A stretch of 59,709 nucleotides of DNA, taken from contig CAZWEM010000003.1 of the NCBI GenBank assembly GCA_964632315.1, positions 14,014-73,722 on the forward strand. Direction: 5' to 3'. Every line of letters begins with the position of its first letter. Positions within the stretch are counted from its first letter, which is position 1. The DNA is from an uncultured archaeon (GTDB taxonomy: Archaea; Asgardarchaeota; Lokiarchaeia; Sigyniarchaeales; SOKP01). The notes under the pieces are model-generated. The model worked only from the letters and a program-made list of their open reading frames with translations. It was not told the DNA's origin and did no database searches. Below are positions 10,150-19,857 of the stretch, in pieces. A program made the translations under genes and the position numbers.

Positions 10150-10321
10150 AAAGTCGGATAAACCATGATGTCCCAATATATTCTTATACCTAAAAAAGCC
10201 GCAAGAGCGGTCAATACCTCACTAGTTAGCAAAATCTGCTCTAGGGTAAAAACCCTTAACCCTGTTATTAGATAAATACGTCTCCTCTTTTTGAATTTTT
10301 TGGCATCGTGGTACCGGCTTT
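10150..10321 (+). ncRNA. Candidate structured non-coding RNA of unknown family
   Basis: TTTATATA at 10115-10122. AAAGTCGG/CCGGCTTT and ACCATGATGTC/GGCATCGTGGT pair with three G-U wobbles. Internal hairpins GCCGC-AAGA-GCGGT and AGGGT-AAAA-ACCCT. Pyrimidine-rich tail follows. Confidence 0.55.
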
Positions 10322-10543
10322 ACTCTTTTCCTATTTCTTCAATCTGGATGAACAGATATTTTGAATTAGTCTGGAAGAATGTCTAATGGGTCTTTTCTGA
10401 TATCTGTCTTTTCAAGCATTTAATGTTATTATTTTGGCAAGAATGGACATAAATAATGCTTTCTTTTTAAATAATCCTTCAAATACTCCTTATTTAAGCA
10501 AAAATTAAAAAAAAAATTAAAAATTTTGCATCTTCAAGCTTTC

Positions 10544-11038
10544 TTATCGATCCATAAAGCTAACTTCATTGAACCACTGGGGATTATATTTCCAGTAAGA
10601 CGTCTCCCCCTCCAGTTCCTCCAACACGTAACCACTCTTTTTCAAGATTTGCAATAGCTTGGTGAGCAGATCCAAAGTGATCTTCCTCCACGCCTTCCAT
10701 CGAAATTCCTTGAATTGCTCGACTGTAAATAGTTCCTTTGGATTCTCCCTGAAGAACTCGATGGATTTAGACCCGATTTCATAAGCCTTGATGTAATATG
10801 GCTCAATACCGTTCTTTATCAAGAATTGGTTAATATTCTTGACCTTTTTTGATTTTACACGTGCTTGATTTTCAACTATCTCTGAGATCGTGCCTTCGTA
10901 CCTCATTCCCTTGTTAAATATCATCCCTTCCAAGCAACAGAGTACCGTCGTGCTAAATATCCAACCAGCCGGTATTACGATAGCCACTATAACTGCTATA
11001 ATAAAAATGTAACACGACCATTTATAATATTTGTTCAT
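10544..11038 (-). CDS. Hypothetical protein with N-terminal TM and possible C-terminal winged helix
   Basis: Hydrophobic N-terminus; LLQILKKSGYVLEE...YW resembles a wHTH end. Confidence 0.6.
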   Translation of the reverse strand: MNKYYKWSCYIFIIAVIVAIVIPAGWIFSTTVLCCLEGMIFNKGMRYEGTISEIVENQARVKSKKVKNINQFLIKNGIEPYYIKAYEIGSKSIEFFRENPKELFTVEQFKEFRWKAWRKITLDLLTKLLQILKKSGYVLEELEGETSYWKYNPQWFNEVSFMDR

Positions 11039-11272
11039 TTTCTTTTACTCTAGGATTTTTATCGCAAAAATTTCTTTATATGATTATTTGTCCAAGGTAT
11101 ATAAAAACATTACATCATCTTTAGAACGCAATTGTACGACTAATTAGATGAAGATATCATGGCATCCGATTTTACTTCTTTCTAACCTTTCTATTATCAA
11201 ATCATGTTTAGATCAAATTATTAATATTAATGCATCTCAATTATACATAATGAAGTATGTGATGTGATAAAA

Positions 11273-13858
11273 ATGTTGGAACTCATTGATAAAGCTAGTG
11301 AAAGAATTAAAAGAATTAGAAATAGACTACTTGATGAAACGCCAATTATTTCTATTGAGAGAGCAAGGTATTATACCGAAAAATGGATAGAGACAGAAAA
11401 TAAAAATATCTCCTTATCAGAAAGAGTGGCGCTTTGCATGAAACACGTTCTGGAGAACGTTACAATATATATTGATAAGGACGATCGAATCGCGGGAAAA
11501 TGGACAGAAAATTTTATAGGTATCCCAATTGATATCGAACGCGGGTTATGGAATAGAGTTTTCGAGATCGAGCTTGATGCAAAAGCAATGAAGAAATTTT
11601 TCAACAAAAGCAATAGAACCTACATGTCATACATGGCAGATAAAATAGGGGCTGATGGATTGCTTGAGATGTTAGAAAAGAACAAAGAAATGGGGGCTTT
11701 AATAACAACTTTAGGGACAGAGACCTTGGAAGAAAGAAAGGTAAATCCATATACGATAGGGGATGATGATAAACGTTACCTGTTAACTACACTCATTCCT
11801 TATTGGAGGAATAAAACACTTGCAGATATTTTAGAAAGAGAATATGCAAATTCTGATGTATACACAGGAGAAGCATATGAATTTCTCTCTCATCTTCCTT
11901 TAAAGACTGCCCAAAATGATATTGTTATCTCTCCTTGCGCTGTTATTGGAGTCTGGCAAGGCCATTTAGTTCTTGATTTTAAAACAGTTTTGGAGAAAGG
12001 ACTTATTACAATGCAAGAAGAGGTAAAGGATGAGATTGAGAACAATAAAGATTTATCTGATGCTCAGAAAGAATTTTTGCACTCCTTAGAGATTACTTAT
12101 GAAGCAATAATGATTTATTCTAAAAGATTAGCAAAAGCATTGAAAAAGGAGGTAGATCGCGTGGAAAACACAGAAAGAAAGAATGAATTGTCAATAATGC
12201 ATGAAGCATGCGCAAGAGTCCCCTTGTATCCTGCCACGACGTTTCGTGAAGCCGTTCAATCCTTCTGGATCATTAAAACAATGGTTGATTTGGCGATTCC
12301 TTTTAATGTCCATGGACCAGGTCGTCTGGATCAGTTATTTTATCCTTATTATCTTTTAGATATGAAGAAAGGAGACATTACTCGCGAGAACGCTCGAGAA
12401 TTGTTGGAAGAATTAGTTTTGAATATAATGAGCCATAATATTCGTCCTTATTCTAACGCAGTAAGTGAATTTAGTCAACGATTTGAAGGTTCAGAGCCAG
12501 TTACAGTCGGAGGGTTAAATGAAGATGGAGAAGATGCTACGAATGAACTTACTTATCTCATATTGGAAGCTGCAGACAGGTCAAAAGCATCGTTGAATTT
12601 TGCTGTTCGTTTCCATGATAAAACTCCCGACGAGCTTTACATGAAGGTTACAGAAATTCAATATAATGGATATTCAAGCATATCTGTTTTAAATGATAAT
12701 GTATGCATTGAAGCATTAAAAAATCGCGGAATTTCAGAACAAGATGCGAATGCTTTTTCAATAACAGGTTGCGTGGACCTATGTAGTCCGGGCAAAACTG
12801 GGGGTATTAGCTTTTCAGCGTTATTATTATGCAGAACGTTGGATATGACCTTGAGAAATGGGAATTGTTTGACTATTGGTGGATTAGTGAAAAAAGTTGG
12901 TCCAAAAACTGGAGATCCCGATAATTTTCAGTCGTTTAATGAATTTTTAGAAGCATTCTATCAGCAATCAGATTTTGTTCTTAAACAAATCGTCAAGGCA
13001 ACATTATTGAGGGATAAATTATTTGCGCAATACTTGCCTGCGCCCTTTATTTCAGCCTTTATGCAGGGCTGCTTTAAGAGGAAAAAGGATGTCACTCAAG
13101 GTGGTGCTTTTTATGACGCCGAGGGCATACTTTTAATGAATAGCGTTGGAAATTTGGTCGATTCACTATTCACTATTAAAAAACTCATGTTTGAGCAAAA
13201 AAAGTTCACTTTTAAGGAACTTCTTGAAGCTATTGATCACAATTTCATGGATGATTATGAGCTTATTCATGAAGAGATCATGGATTTAGAAGGAAAGTGG
13301 GGTAATGGAAACTCTGAATGCGACGAACTTGCTCGAGAAGTAATGACCCATATCTTTGAAGAGACTTATAAGTATCAAACTTATAAAGGAGGAGTTTATG
13401 CTCCTTTTGTCATATCAATGACGTCGCACACGTATGACGGCAGGATAGGTCTCGCTACACCCGATGGAAGATTTGCTGGTAAACCATTCGCAGCAAGTTG
13501 CAACCCTTATAATGTTGAAATGAATGGTCCTACTGGGGTCTTACGATCCGTGGCAGCACTTGATTTTCAACACGTGTGCGGATGTGCAGTAAATATACGA
13601 ATGCACCCATCAGGAATTGGAAAGACCGAAGAATCCAAGAGAAAGTGGATCTCTCTTTTAAAAACCTACTTTAAGTTGGGAGGGCAACAACTTCAACCCA
13701 CAGTAGTCTCAACTGAGATGTTAAGGGCAGCTCAGAAAAACCCACAAAAATTTAGAAACATAATCGTTAAAGTAGGAGGATATAGTGCGTATTTCGTCGA
13801 TTTAGGGAGAGAGATTCAGGATGAGGTCATTTCACGAACTGAACATTCATCAATTTAA
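11273..13858 (+). CDS. Glycyl radical enzyme (PFL2/PflD-like, substrate unknown)
   Basis: ISIERARYYTE, PATTFREAVQ, GRLDQ, single-Cys loop ITGCVD, ATPDGRFAG, glycyl loop VKVGGYSAYF. Confidence 0.93.
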   Translation: MLELIDKASERIKRIRNRLLDETPIISIERARYYTEKWIETENKNISLSERVALCMKHVLENVTIYIDKDDRIAGKWTENFIGIPIDIERGLWNRVFEIELDAKAMKKFFNKSNRTYMSYMADKIGADGLLEMLEKNKEMGALITTLGTETLEERKVNPYTIGDDDKRYLLTTLIPYWRNKTLADILEREYANSDVYTGEAYEFLSHLPLKTAQNDIVISPCAVIGVWQGHLVLDFKTVLEKGLITMQEEVKDEIENNKDLSDAQKEFLHSLEITYEAIMIYSKRLAKALKKEVDRVENTERKNELSIMHEACARVPLYPATTFREAVQSFWIIKTMVDLAIPFNVHGPGRLDQLFYPYYLLDMKKGDITRENARELLEELVLNIMSHNIRPYSNAVSEFSQRFEGSEPVTVGGLNEDGEDATNELTYLILEAADRSKASLNFAVRFHDKTPDELYMKVTEIQYNGYSSISVLNDNVCIEALKNRGISEQDANAFSITGCVDLCSPGKTGGISFSALLLCRTLDMTLRNGNCLTIGGLVKKVGPKTGDPDNFQSFNEFLEAFYQQSDFVLKQIVKATLLRDKLFAQYLPAPFISAFMQGCFKRKKDVTQGGAFYDAEGILLMNSVGNLVDSLFTIKKLMFEQKKFTFKELLEAIDHNFMDDYELIHEEIMDLEGKWGNGNSECDELAREVMTHIFEETYKYQTYKGGVYAPFVISMTSHTYDGRIGLATPDGRFAGKPFAASCNPYNVEMNGPTGVLRSVAALDFQHVCGCAVNIRMHPSGIGKTEESKRKWISLLKTYFKLGGQQLQPTVVSTEMLRAAQKNPQKFRNIIVKVGGYSAYFVDLGREIQDEVISRTEHSSI

Positions 13859-13978
13859 TTTTATCTTTTTTTGATTAACAACTCAGATTAAAAATTATTT
13901 AATAGATCTATCTTTGTCTTTCGAAAGATTAAAAAAAAGATAGTCTATTATTTATTAAGAAAATAAAAATATTATGAG

Positions 13979-14437
13979 TTGAGCTTTCAATTGACCCAAA
14001 CTCTAAAATTAAGCACGGGATTAGATGTAGAATTTGATGAGAAAGCCCCTGTGACTCTCTTTGAAATCATCATAAGTGAAATTCTAATTCCACGCTATAA
14101 AGAAAATGCAGACTGGAATTTAAGTTTAAATATTATTCTCGAAGAAATGAATCGCCTCATAAGTCAATATGAACTCGATCCCAAGCTTAAATTAGGCTTG
14201 TTGAATCAAGTTGAGGAGCATTTAGACAAGGATATTGAAGAATTAACTGGTACAGCAAAGATAGAGATTTTATTCTTGAACATGGATGATTATGTCGAGG
14301 ATATAAAGAAGTTGATTACTGCAGGTGAAACCAAGGAAGACTTACGGCAAGATATGGCAAAAATGATTTTCCCCTTGACGCTTTTTGAATTAGGTGAGTT
14401 ATTCATATACCTAGGAAAAAGGGCATTCTTAAAATGA
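13979..14437 (+). CDS. Hypothetical helical protein
   Basis: 152-aa ORF with TTG start. Confidence 0.7.
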   Translation: MSFQLTQTLKLSTGLDVEFDEKAPVTLFEIIISEILIPRYKENADWNLSLNIILEEMNRLISQYELDPKLKLGLLNQVEEHLDKDIEELTGTAKIEILFLNMDDYVEDIKKLITAGETKEDLRQDMAKMIFPLTLFELGELFIYLGKRAFLK

Positions 14438-14618
14438 TCCTCGTTATTTTATTTATATTTCTCTCTTTATTCTCTAAAGGTTAAAGTAAAAAAAAAATTT
14501 TCATAAAAATGTAAATTTTGAGTTTTCTCCAGAATTTAACTGAAAATTTAATAATAAAAAAGGTGATAAATAATCATTAAGTTAATTTAAAAATTATTTG
14601 TTTTAAGGTCAATTTAAT

Positions 14619-15749
14619 ATGGTAAATGAAGATTTGTTAAGATTTTTAAATGAAAGAATTGGATCGGAAGTAGCAGAAATTCAAATTCCAGATGAATTCA
14701 AAGATCAAGAATTGTATGTAGCTTTTCGATCAAAACAACTCGATAAGCTCCCATTTATTATTACTTTAGAGGGATATGATTTCAGAGAAGTCAATGTGCT
14801 ATTTAATGTCGTTTCCTGGGAAAGAAATGCTGTCAAAGTGATTTATTCCATGAATATACCTCTTGATCGATCATATAATCTTCCAATTGGATTAATTGGA
14901 TCCGAAAATATTGCTATTTTTGCACCTTTGATTGCATCTTCAGAGAGTTCCTCGAAGCGAAGTAATCTAGAGGATTGGGTAAACTTCAGATTTCTAGGCA
15001 AGAGTCTTGATAGATTATCAAATTTCTTGAACAAGGAACTTGATCCTACGAAACTCATGAAAAACTTGGCTTGTAGATTTCAATATCAAAAAGGGAAGGA
15101 TATTTTCATATTATCAAATCCAGCTACAATTAGCTTTACCCCTAAACAAAATGGAGAATTGAATGTTACCCTAATGGAATTCTATAAATTTAACATTAAA
15201 AAGGATAATTTCCTTCCTAAGTTCAACATTTCAAAACAAATGGAAGTAATTCAAACAATCCTAATTAAGTATAAAGAATTTCTAAATAACTACCAACTCA
15301 TAAATTATCCTAGAAATAATTTTCTAAGCGGTCCAGAAGCTTTTGTTTGTAATAATTGCCAATCGATAATATTTCCCGAAAGTGTAGCTAAGGTACAAAT
15401 GCCCTTGTATATCATGAAACTTCCAGGACACCTTATTAGGTTTACAAGTAAATGTCCAAAATGTAATCAAGTACGGGAAGTATGGAGCATGAAGGATGAT
15501 GCTCTTACAATTAAAACGGGTAATGTACTATTTTGGTTGTGTCCCACCCATCTCAAACCTTATAACATAATAAAAGAGAGTAATAAAAAGGGAAAAAAGG
15601 TCTTAAGTTTGGAATGTCCTGAAGGTTGTAAAAAAGTTTCTAAAGAATTTGAGGAACAGTATACAAACGAGATAAAACGTGATGAAACAGTAAGTAATCA
15701 TAATTATAAAATTGATCCCAATTCAAAAATGGTTAGTTATAATTATTAA
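14619..15749 (+). CDS. Hypothetical protein with C-terminal zinc ribbons
   Basis: CNNC..CPKC and CPTH..CPEGC pairs. Confidence 0.75.
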   Translation: MVNEDLLRFLNERIGSEVAEIQIPDEFKDQELYVAFRSKQLDKLPFIITLEGYDFREVNVLFNVVSWERNAVKVIYSMNIPLDRSYNLPIGLIGSENIAIFAPLIASSESSSKRSNLEDWVNFRFLGKSLDRLSNFLNKELDPTKLMKNLACRFQYQKGKDIFILSNPATISFTPKQNGELNVTLMEFYKFNIKKDNFLPKFNISKQMEVIQTILIKYKEFLNNYQLINYPRNNFLSGPEAFVCNNCQSIIFPESVAKVQMPLYIMKLPGHLIRFTSKCPKCNQVREVWSMKDDALTIKTGNVLFWLCPTHLKPYNIIKESNKKGKKVLSLECPEGCKKVSKEFEEQYTNEIKRDETVSNHNYKIDPNSKMVSYNY

Positions 15750-15760
15750 GGCTGATTTCT

Positions 15761-16231
15761 GTGGTGGAGCAATTTAAAATACTGAACAAGATAAGGAAAA
15801 AATATAATCTTAAAAAGATTAAATTTGGAAAGGATTTTGAGTTTTTTCCAAAAATCTTTGAGTCAAAAAAAAGTTGGGATGCAGATAAATTCGAGGAATT
15901 TATCGAGGAAAACAAAATCATTATACTGACCCTTCAAGGTGGGATCCTTAAAAACAATAAAGCAACGCAAGATATTTTTGTTAGAATGCTTGATGATGCA
16001 TTACAACGACAAGAGTTTGCTCTAATCGCAAGTAAATATTATCCCATTTTGGATCTAATGATAGATGCCATATTAACTGAGGATAAAAATAAATTTTATG
16101 ATGGTCTTTCTCTGATGAAAGAATTACATCATAAAAGCATGGAATTAGAATCTAAAATCTCCCGAAAACTAACTAAGATGATTGAACAACGCATAACAAC
16201 GGCCGAAAAAGATTATGAAGCAATGTCATAG
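15761..16231 (+). CDS. Hypothetical protein, paralog 1
   Basis: Highly similar to 16649..17122 (LKKIKFGKD, MLDDAL.RQEFA, KISRKLTK). Confidence 0.85.
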   Translation: MVEQFKILNKIRKKYNLKKIKFGKDFEFFPKIFESKKSWDADKFEEFIEENKIIILTLQGGILKNNKATQDIFVRMLDDALQRQEFALIASKYYPILDLMIDAILTEDKNKFYDGLSLMKELHHKSMELESKISRKLTKMIEQRITTAEKDYEAMS

Positions 16232-16317
16232 TAAATCTGGTTTTTTTGAATGAAAGTAAATCATTTTTTCTCTAACTTATACCTTGATATGTTTATTTCA
16301 TTCTTTTTATCAAAAAT

Positions 16318-16492
16318 TCAGGCTTGTAATCGGTTGTGAATGAAGAACATAGAACTGACCATTTTGTAGCCTCCATTCAATGTCTTGGGATATTTAAATA
16401 GGCTTTCAATAATTAAGCCTAATTCATGTAAGCGAATTTAATCAATCTCATTTAAACTTAATGAAGATCTGAGATTGGAATCATTTTCAACT
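16318..16492 (-). pseudogene. Degraded copy of the 3' end of the PEP/pyruvate-binding (PPDK_N) gene
   Basis: Translates as VENDSNLRSSLSLNEID*IRLHELGLIIESLFKYP/(fs)DIEWRLQNGQFYVLHSQPITS, versus intact IENDSSLRTTLSLDNNHLIELHELGLTIERILKYPQDIEWALENDQIYVLQSRPITS. Confidence 0.88.
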
Positions 16493-16648
16493 GGTTCTTT
16501 TATAGTAAAAAAAGGAATTATGAATCCAATAAGTAAATTTTAAATATAAAAACAAAATGTGAATTTAATAAATGAAAAGATAACTAATCTTTATTTTTAT
16601 AAAACTAAATTTAAAATTGGTTTAATATGATTGTCGAGGTTAATTTCT

Positions 16649-17122
16649 TTGGATGAACAATTTAAATTACAAAACAAGCTAAAAAGTAAATATTCTTTGA
16701 AAAAGATTAAATTTGGAAAAGATTACGAGTTTTTCCCGAAAATTCCTCAATCAGAAAAAAGTTGGGAAGAAGAGAATTTCGAACAGTTTATTGAGGAAAA
16801 CAAGCTTATAATACTCACCCTTCAAGATAATATCCTTAAAAGCAATGATGAAACGCAAAATATCTTTATTAAGATGCTTGATGATGCATTAAAAAGGCAA
16901 GAGTTTGCAATAATCGCAGGAAAATATTATCCAATTATAGATTTACTCATAAATGCCATATTAACGAAGGACAAGGATGAATTTTTTCAAGCTCTATTCA
17001 TGATGAAAGAACTTCATAAGAAATGTATGGAATTGGAAACAAAAATATCTCGCAAATTAACTAAAATAATTGGAGAAAGGATAAAAATGACTGAAGAAGA
17101 TTATAATGCGATGCTAAAATAA
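16649..17122 (+). CDS. Hypothetical protein, paralog 2
   Basis: Duplicate of 15761..16231; TTG start after GAGGT (the ORF track starts at 16631). Confidence 0.85.
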   Translation: MDEQFKLQNKLKSKYSLKKIKFGKDYEFFPKIPQSEKSWEEENFEQFIEENKLIILTLQDNILKSNDETQNIFIKMLDDALKRQEFAIIAGKYYPIIDLLINAILTKDKDEFFQALFMMKELHKKCMELETKISRKLTKIIGERIKMTEEDYNAMLK

Positions 17123-17191
17123 ACGGGTATTTTGACTAATAAACGAATACATTTTTTAATTACACTTTAAATTTCATCAAATCTATTTTAT

Positions 17192-18190
17192 TCACTCTAT
17201 TTCACCATTTATGCTTGTAATCGGTCGTGATTGAAGAACATAGATCTGATCATTTTCAAGAGCCCATTCAATATCTTGAGGATACTTTAATATCCTTTCT
17301 ATAGTTAAACCTAATTCATGTAATTCTATTAAATGATTATTATCCAAACTTAATGTCGTTCTAAGAGAAGAATCATTTTCAATTAACATGGTTGAAGAAT
17401 TATTAAAGTTTTGGATACTCCGTGATTCTTTCTTGCCAATATCGATTTTATGAATCTTGAATTCATTTTTATCAAGAATGATTAAATCAGGTATGACTGA
17501 ATTGTTCGTGATAGTTTCACATAAACCCCAATTACTATTAATCAACACCTCGTTAGGATTGTTATCCAGAACATTAGCAGTAAAGAGTACTCCAGCTACA
17601 CGAGACAAAATCATTTTCTGTATTATTACGGCCATTTCGAGTTTTGGTATTTCTTTGCCTTTTTGCTTCATTTTCATCAAAAATAGCAAGGAACTCGGAG
17701 AAAAAAGAGAGTTCCAGCATTTTTTGATGGATTTGATGATATTTTCAAATGAACTAACGCAACAAAAGCTTTCTGCTTGACCTGCGAACGAGAATTGAGT
17801 TTGATCTTCAATTGAAGTAGAAGATCGAATTGCGAAAGTGGTCTTTAGACCAAATTTAGATCTTAGGATAGTAATCCCCTCTTTTATTTCATTGTAGATT
17901 GTTTTAGGAATGCGGAGAGCATCAAATTCTGCCTTCAATTCATTTGTAAAAGGGATCACGTTTTTTGGATTGATTTCTCGGGTTAAAAAATTATTAACTC
18001 TTTCTTGAATTCTCATTTTATTTATAATTTCATTAAAAGCCTTTATTTTGATAATAAAGCCCAAGGGTACTTTTATTCCTTTTTGATGTAAGAGAATTAT
18101 ATTCTTTCCTTTATTTCCTTGTTGATTAGGATTAGGTGTGGTTTTATCAATGAATTCGATATAATTATAATTGCTACACATGATAATCAA
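17192..18190 (-). CDS. Stand-alone PEP/pyruvate-binding (PPDK_N, ATP-grasp) domain protein
   Basis: GNKG, VPLGF, AIRSS..ED...SFAGQ, MAVIIQKM, AGVLFT, PQDIEWA, LQSRPIT. Confidence 0.93.
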   Translation of the reverse strand: MIIMCSNYNYIEFIDKTTPNPNQQGNKGKNIILLHQKGIKVPLGFIIKIKAFNEIINKMRIQERVNNFLTREINPKNVIPFTNELKAEFDALRIPKTIYNEIKEGITILRSKFGLKTTFAIRSSTSIEDQTQFSFAGQAESFCCVSSFENIIKSIKKCWNSLFSPSSLLFLMKMKQKGKEIPKLEMAVIIQKMILSRVAGVLFTANVLDNNPNEVLINSNWGLCETITNNSVIPDLIILDKNEFKIHKIDIGKKESRSIQNFNNSSTMLIENDSSLRTTLSLDNNHLIELHELGLTIERILKYPQDIEWALENDQIYVLQSRPITSINGEIE

Positions 18191-18197
18191 AAGTTTT

Positions 18198-18551
18198 TTA
18201 GTCTAAAAGATGCACATATCCATGATTATCTCCATTATGAGAAAGCTTGATTTTCATACCGATCACACTGGAAATATCAATATTGAATTTTGTTCCCATT
18301 ATACATGGGATACCAAATTCACGAGACAAAATTGCAAGGTGAGACCCAGCACCTCCAGTCGTACAGATTGTTCCAGCTAAATCAGATAAAATCGGACCGA
18401 GAGTTGTTATTCCTGCATCATTTACTAAACAGATTTTTCCACTCGCAGAATCGAATAATTGAATCACATCTTCGATCTCAGTCACGTAAACTAAATCTCC
18501 TATTGCTTCTGATTTAGAGGAACAAGATAACCCTTTTCCAATGACTTTCAC
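18198..18551 (-). CDS. Stand-alone PEP-utilising phospho-His swivel (mobile) domain
   Basis: TTGGAGSHLAILSREFGIPCI. Confidence 0.93.
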   Translation of the reverse strand: MKVIGKGLSCSSKSEAIGDLVYVTEIEDVIQLFDSASGKICLVNDAGITTLGPILSDLAGTICTTGGAGSHLAILSREFGIPCIMGTKFNIDISSVIGMKIKLSHNGDNHGYVHLLD

Positions 18552-18698
18552 TTAAACCAACTCATGCAGAAGTATTAAAGAATATTAGTATGTTGTATTT
18601 TTGCCTTACTTAAAAATTTTCATGAATTCTTTTCAAACTATAAATACCAATGAAACATATTTAGATTTAAATTAAAATCACTAATGAGTTAAGATACA

Positions 18699-19853
18699 TT
18701 GAACGTACGAGAATTTAACGAATTGATTGCTCATGCGTCAGAGTTAGTAGATTATCAAATTTCTAAAAGAGGTTTGTTAGAAACTCAATTATTCCCTGTT
18801 ACTGCTTATATTTGTGTAGCATTTTACAATGCCTATGACATGTTATATGAAGTTTTGAAGAAAGTTGCGGAGAAAATCTCTCCTGAAGAATTGGGTGAAA
18901 AAAGTCGAAAAATTTTATCAGAAATTCACGCATTAAGCATATTTTATCTTCCACTATATTACATGGTTGGTCGAATGGGAGAAATTCATAGAAATGGTGG
19001 AGATCCTCATAGTGAGAGTAAAGAGAAGCGTGAAGAAACAATGTTTGTCATGGACTTTTGGAAGCGTTTAGCAACCTCCTATTTCAAAGATAATTTATCG
19101 GTATTTGATTCTAATAAGGAAAACCTAGCGCTTGAGCAAAAAGATATCGATTGGACCATTGATCACCTTTTAGAAGTTCCATTAGAGCAAGCACAAAAAA
19201 TTAAACGCACAATGGCCAATCTAGAAGTTGTTTCATTTTTAGATGAATGCGAGGCAAGAGCTAAACTATGTGATCATGGCCCCTATAAACTTGAAAATGG
19301 GGAAATTTTGGTTTTTCGAGAAATCTCTCACCTTTATGACGGCAAAATACCACACTTTCCTTGGTCTGAAACTATAGCATCAGCTCCATTTAATAATATT
19401 GCCTTCGCTTACCGCTTGAAAGATATTAAAGCGGAATTTGATGATTTTGCTACAATGGAAACTCAACCCGCAGATTTTGCTAACAATGTTACCGGAATTG
19501 CGATCCTTACTCGAGATGGGGATAAGATAAAACCTTTAGATCTCGAGATTTTAGAGGAATTTAATCAATATGCTAGCAATGCCAATAAAGAACTCTTTTT
19601 AAAATTTTCAAAGTGGGATCGCAAGCAAAGGATTGTTGCTGGGGCTTATGCTTATTGTTATGGATATGCTAGATATACCAACCAAGTAGGGATTACTGAT
19701 TCAATTAATTGGGATCTCACTGAAAGAACAATGGATATATATGTGCCAGAATTCTTGGAATCAGATTTCGATCCTGGCATCCCTAGATTAATGCGGAGTA
19801 AAGCGAAAAAGAGGAGAGAGGGTCCTTCCTTGTACTTATTACCAGAGGATTGA
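18699..19853 (+). CDS. Uncharacterised protein, candidate substrate-binding subunit of the split dikinase
   Basis: 384-aa ORF divergent from the swivel and PPDK_N genes; FLDECEARAKLCDHGPY motif. Function is inferred from context. Confidence 0.6.
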   Translation: MNVREFNELIAHASELVDYQISKRGLLETQLFPVTAYICVAFYNAYDMLYEVLKKVAEKISPEELGEKSRKILSEIHALSIFYLPLYYMVGRMGEIHRNGGDPHSESKEKREETMFVMDFWKRLATSYFKDNLSVFDSNKENLALEQKDIDWTIDHLLEVPLEQAQKIKRTMANLEVVSFLDECEARAKLCDHGPYKLENGEILVFREISHLYDGKIPHFPWSETIASAPFNNIAFAYRLKDIKAEFDDFATMETQPADFANNVTGIAILTRDGDKIKPLDLEILEEFNQYASNANKELFLKFSKWDRKQRIVAGAYAYCYGYARYTNQVGITDSINWDLTERTMDIYVPEFLESDFDPGIPRLMRSKAKKRREGPSLYLLPED

Positions 19854-19857
19854 AGAA

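Noticed and set aside
10248-10264. AACCCTTAACCCT resembling a telomerase-like 1.5-repeat template in the candidate ncRNA
   Set aside because: It is too short to be significant, there is no reverse transcriptase in the window, and no TTAAGGG arrays were seen.
10431-10445. 15-mer ATTTTGGCAAGAATG repeated at 49181-49195
   Set aside because: The match does not extend, and a match this long is plausible by chance in 60 kb of AT-rich DNA.
11273-13858. Calling the GRE pyruvate formate-lyase (pflB)
   Set aside because: It lacks the adjacent Cys-Cys active site.
17192-18551. Calling the pair ppsA/ppdK or a broken pseudogene
   Set aside because: There is no C-terminal PEP-binding barrel. Each gene has its own start and stop, and the order (swivel first) is reversed relative to PpsA.
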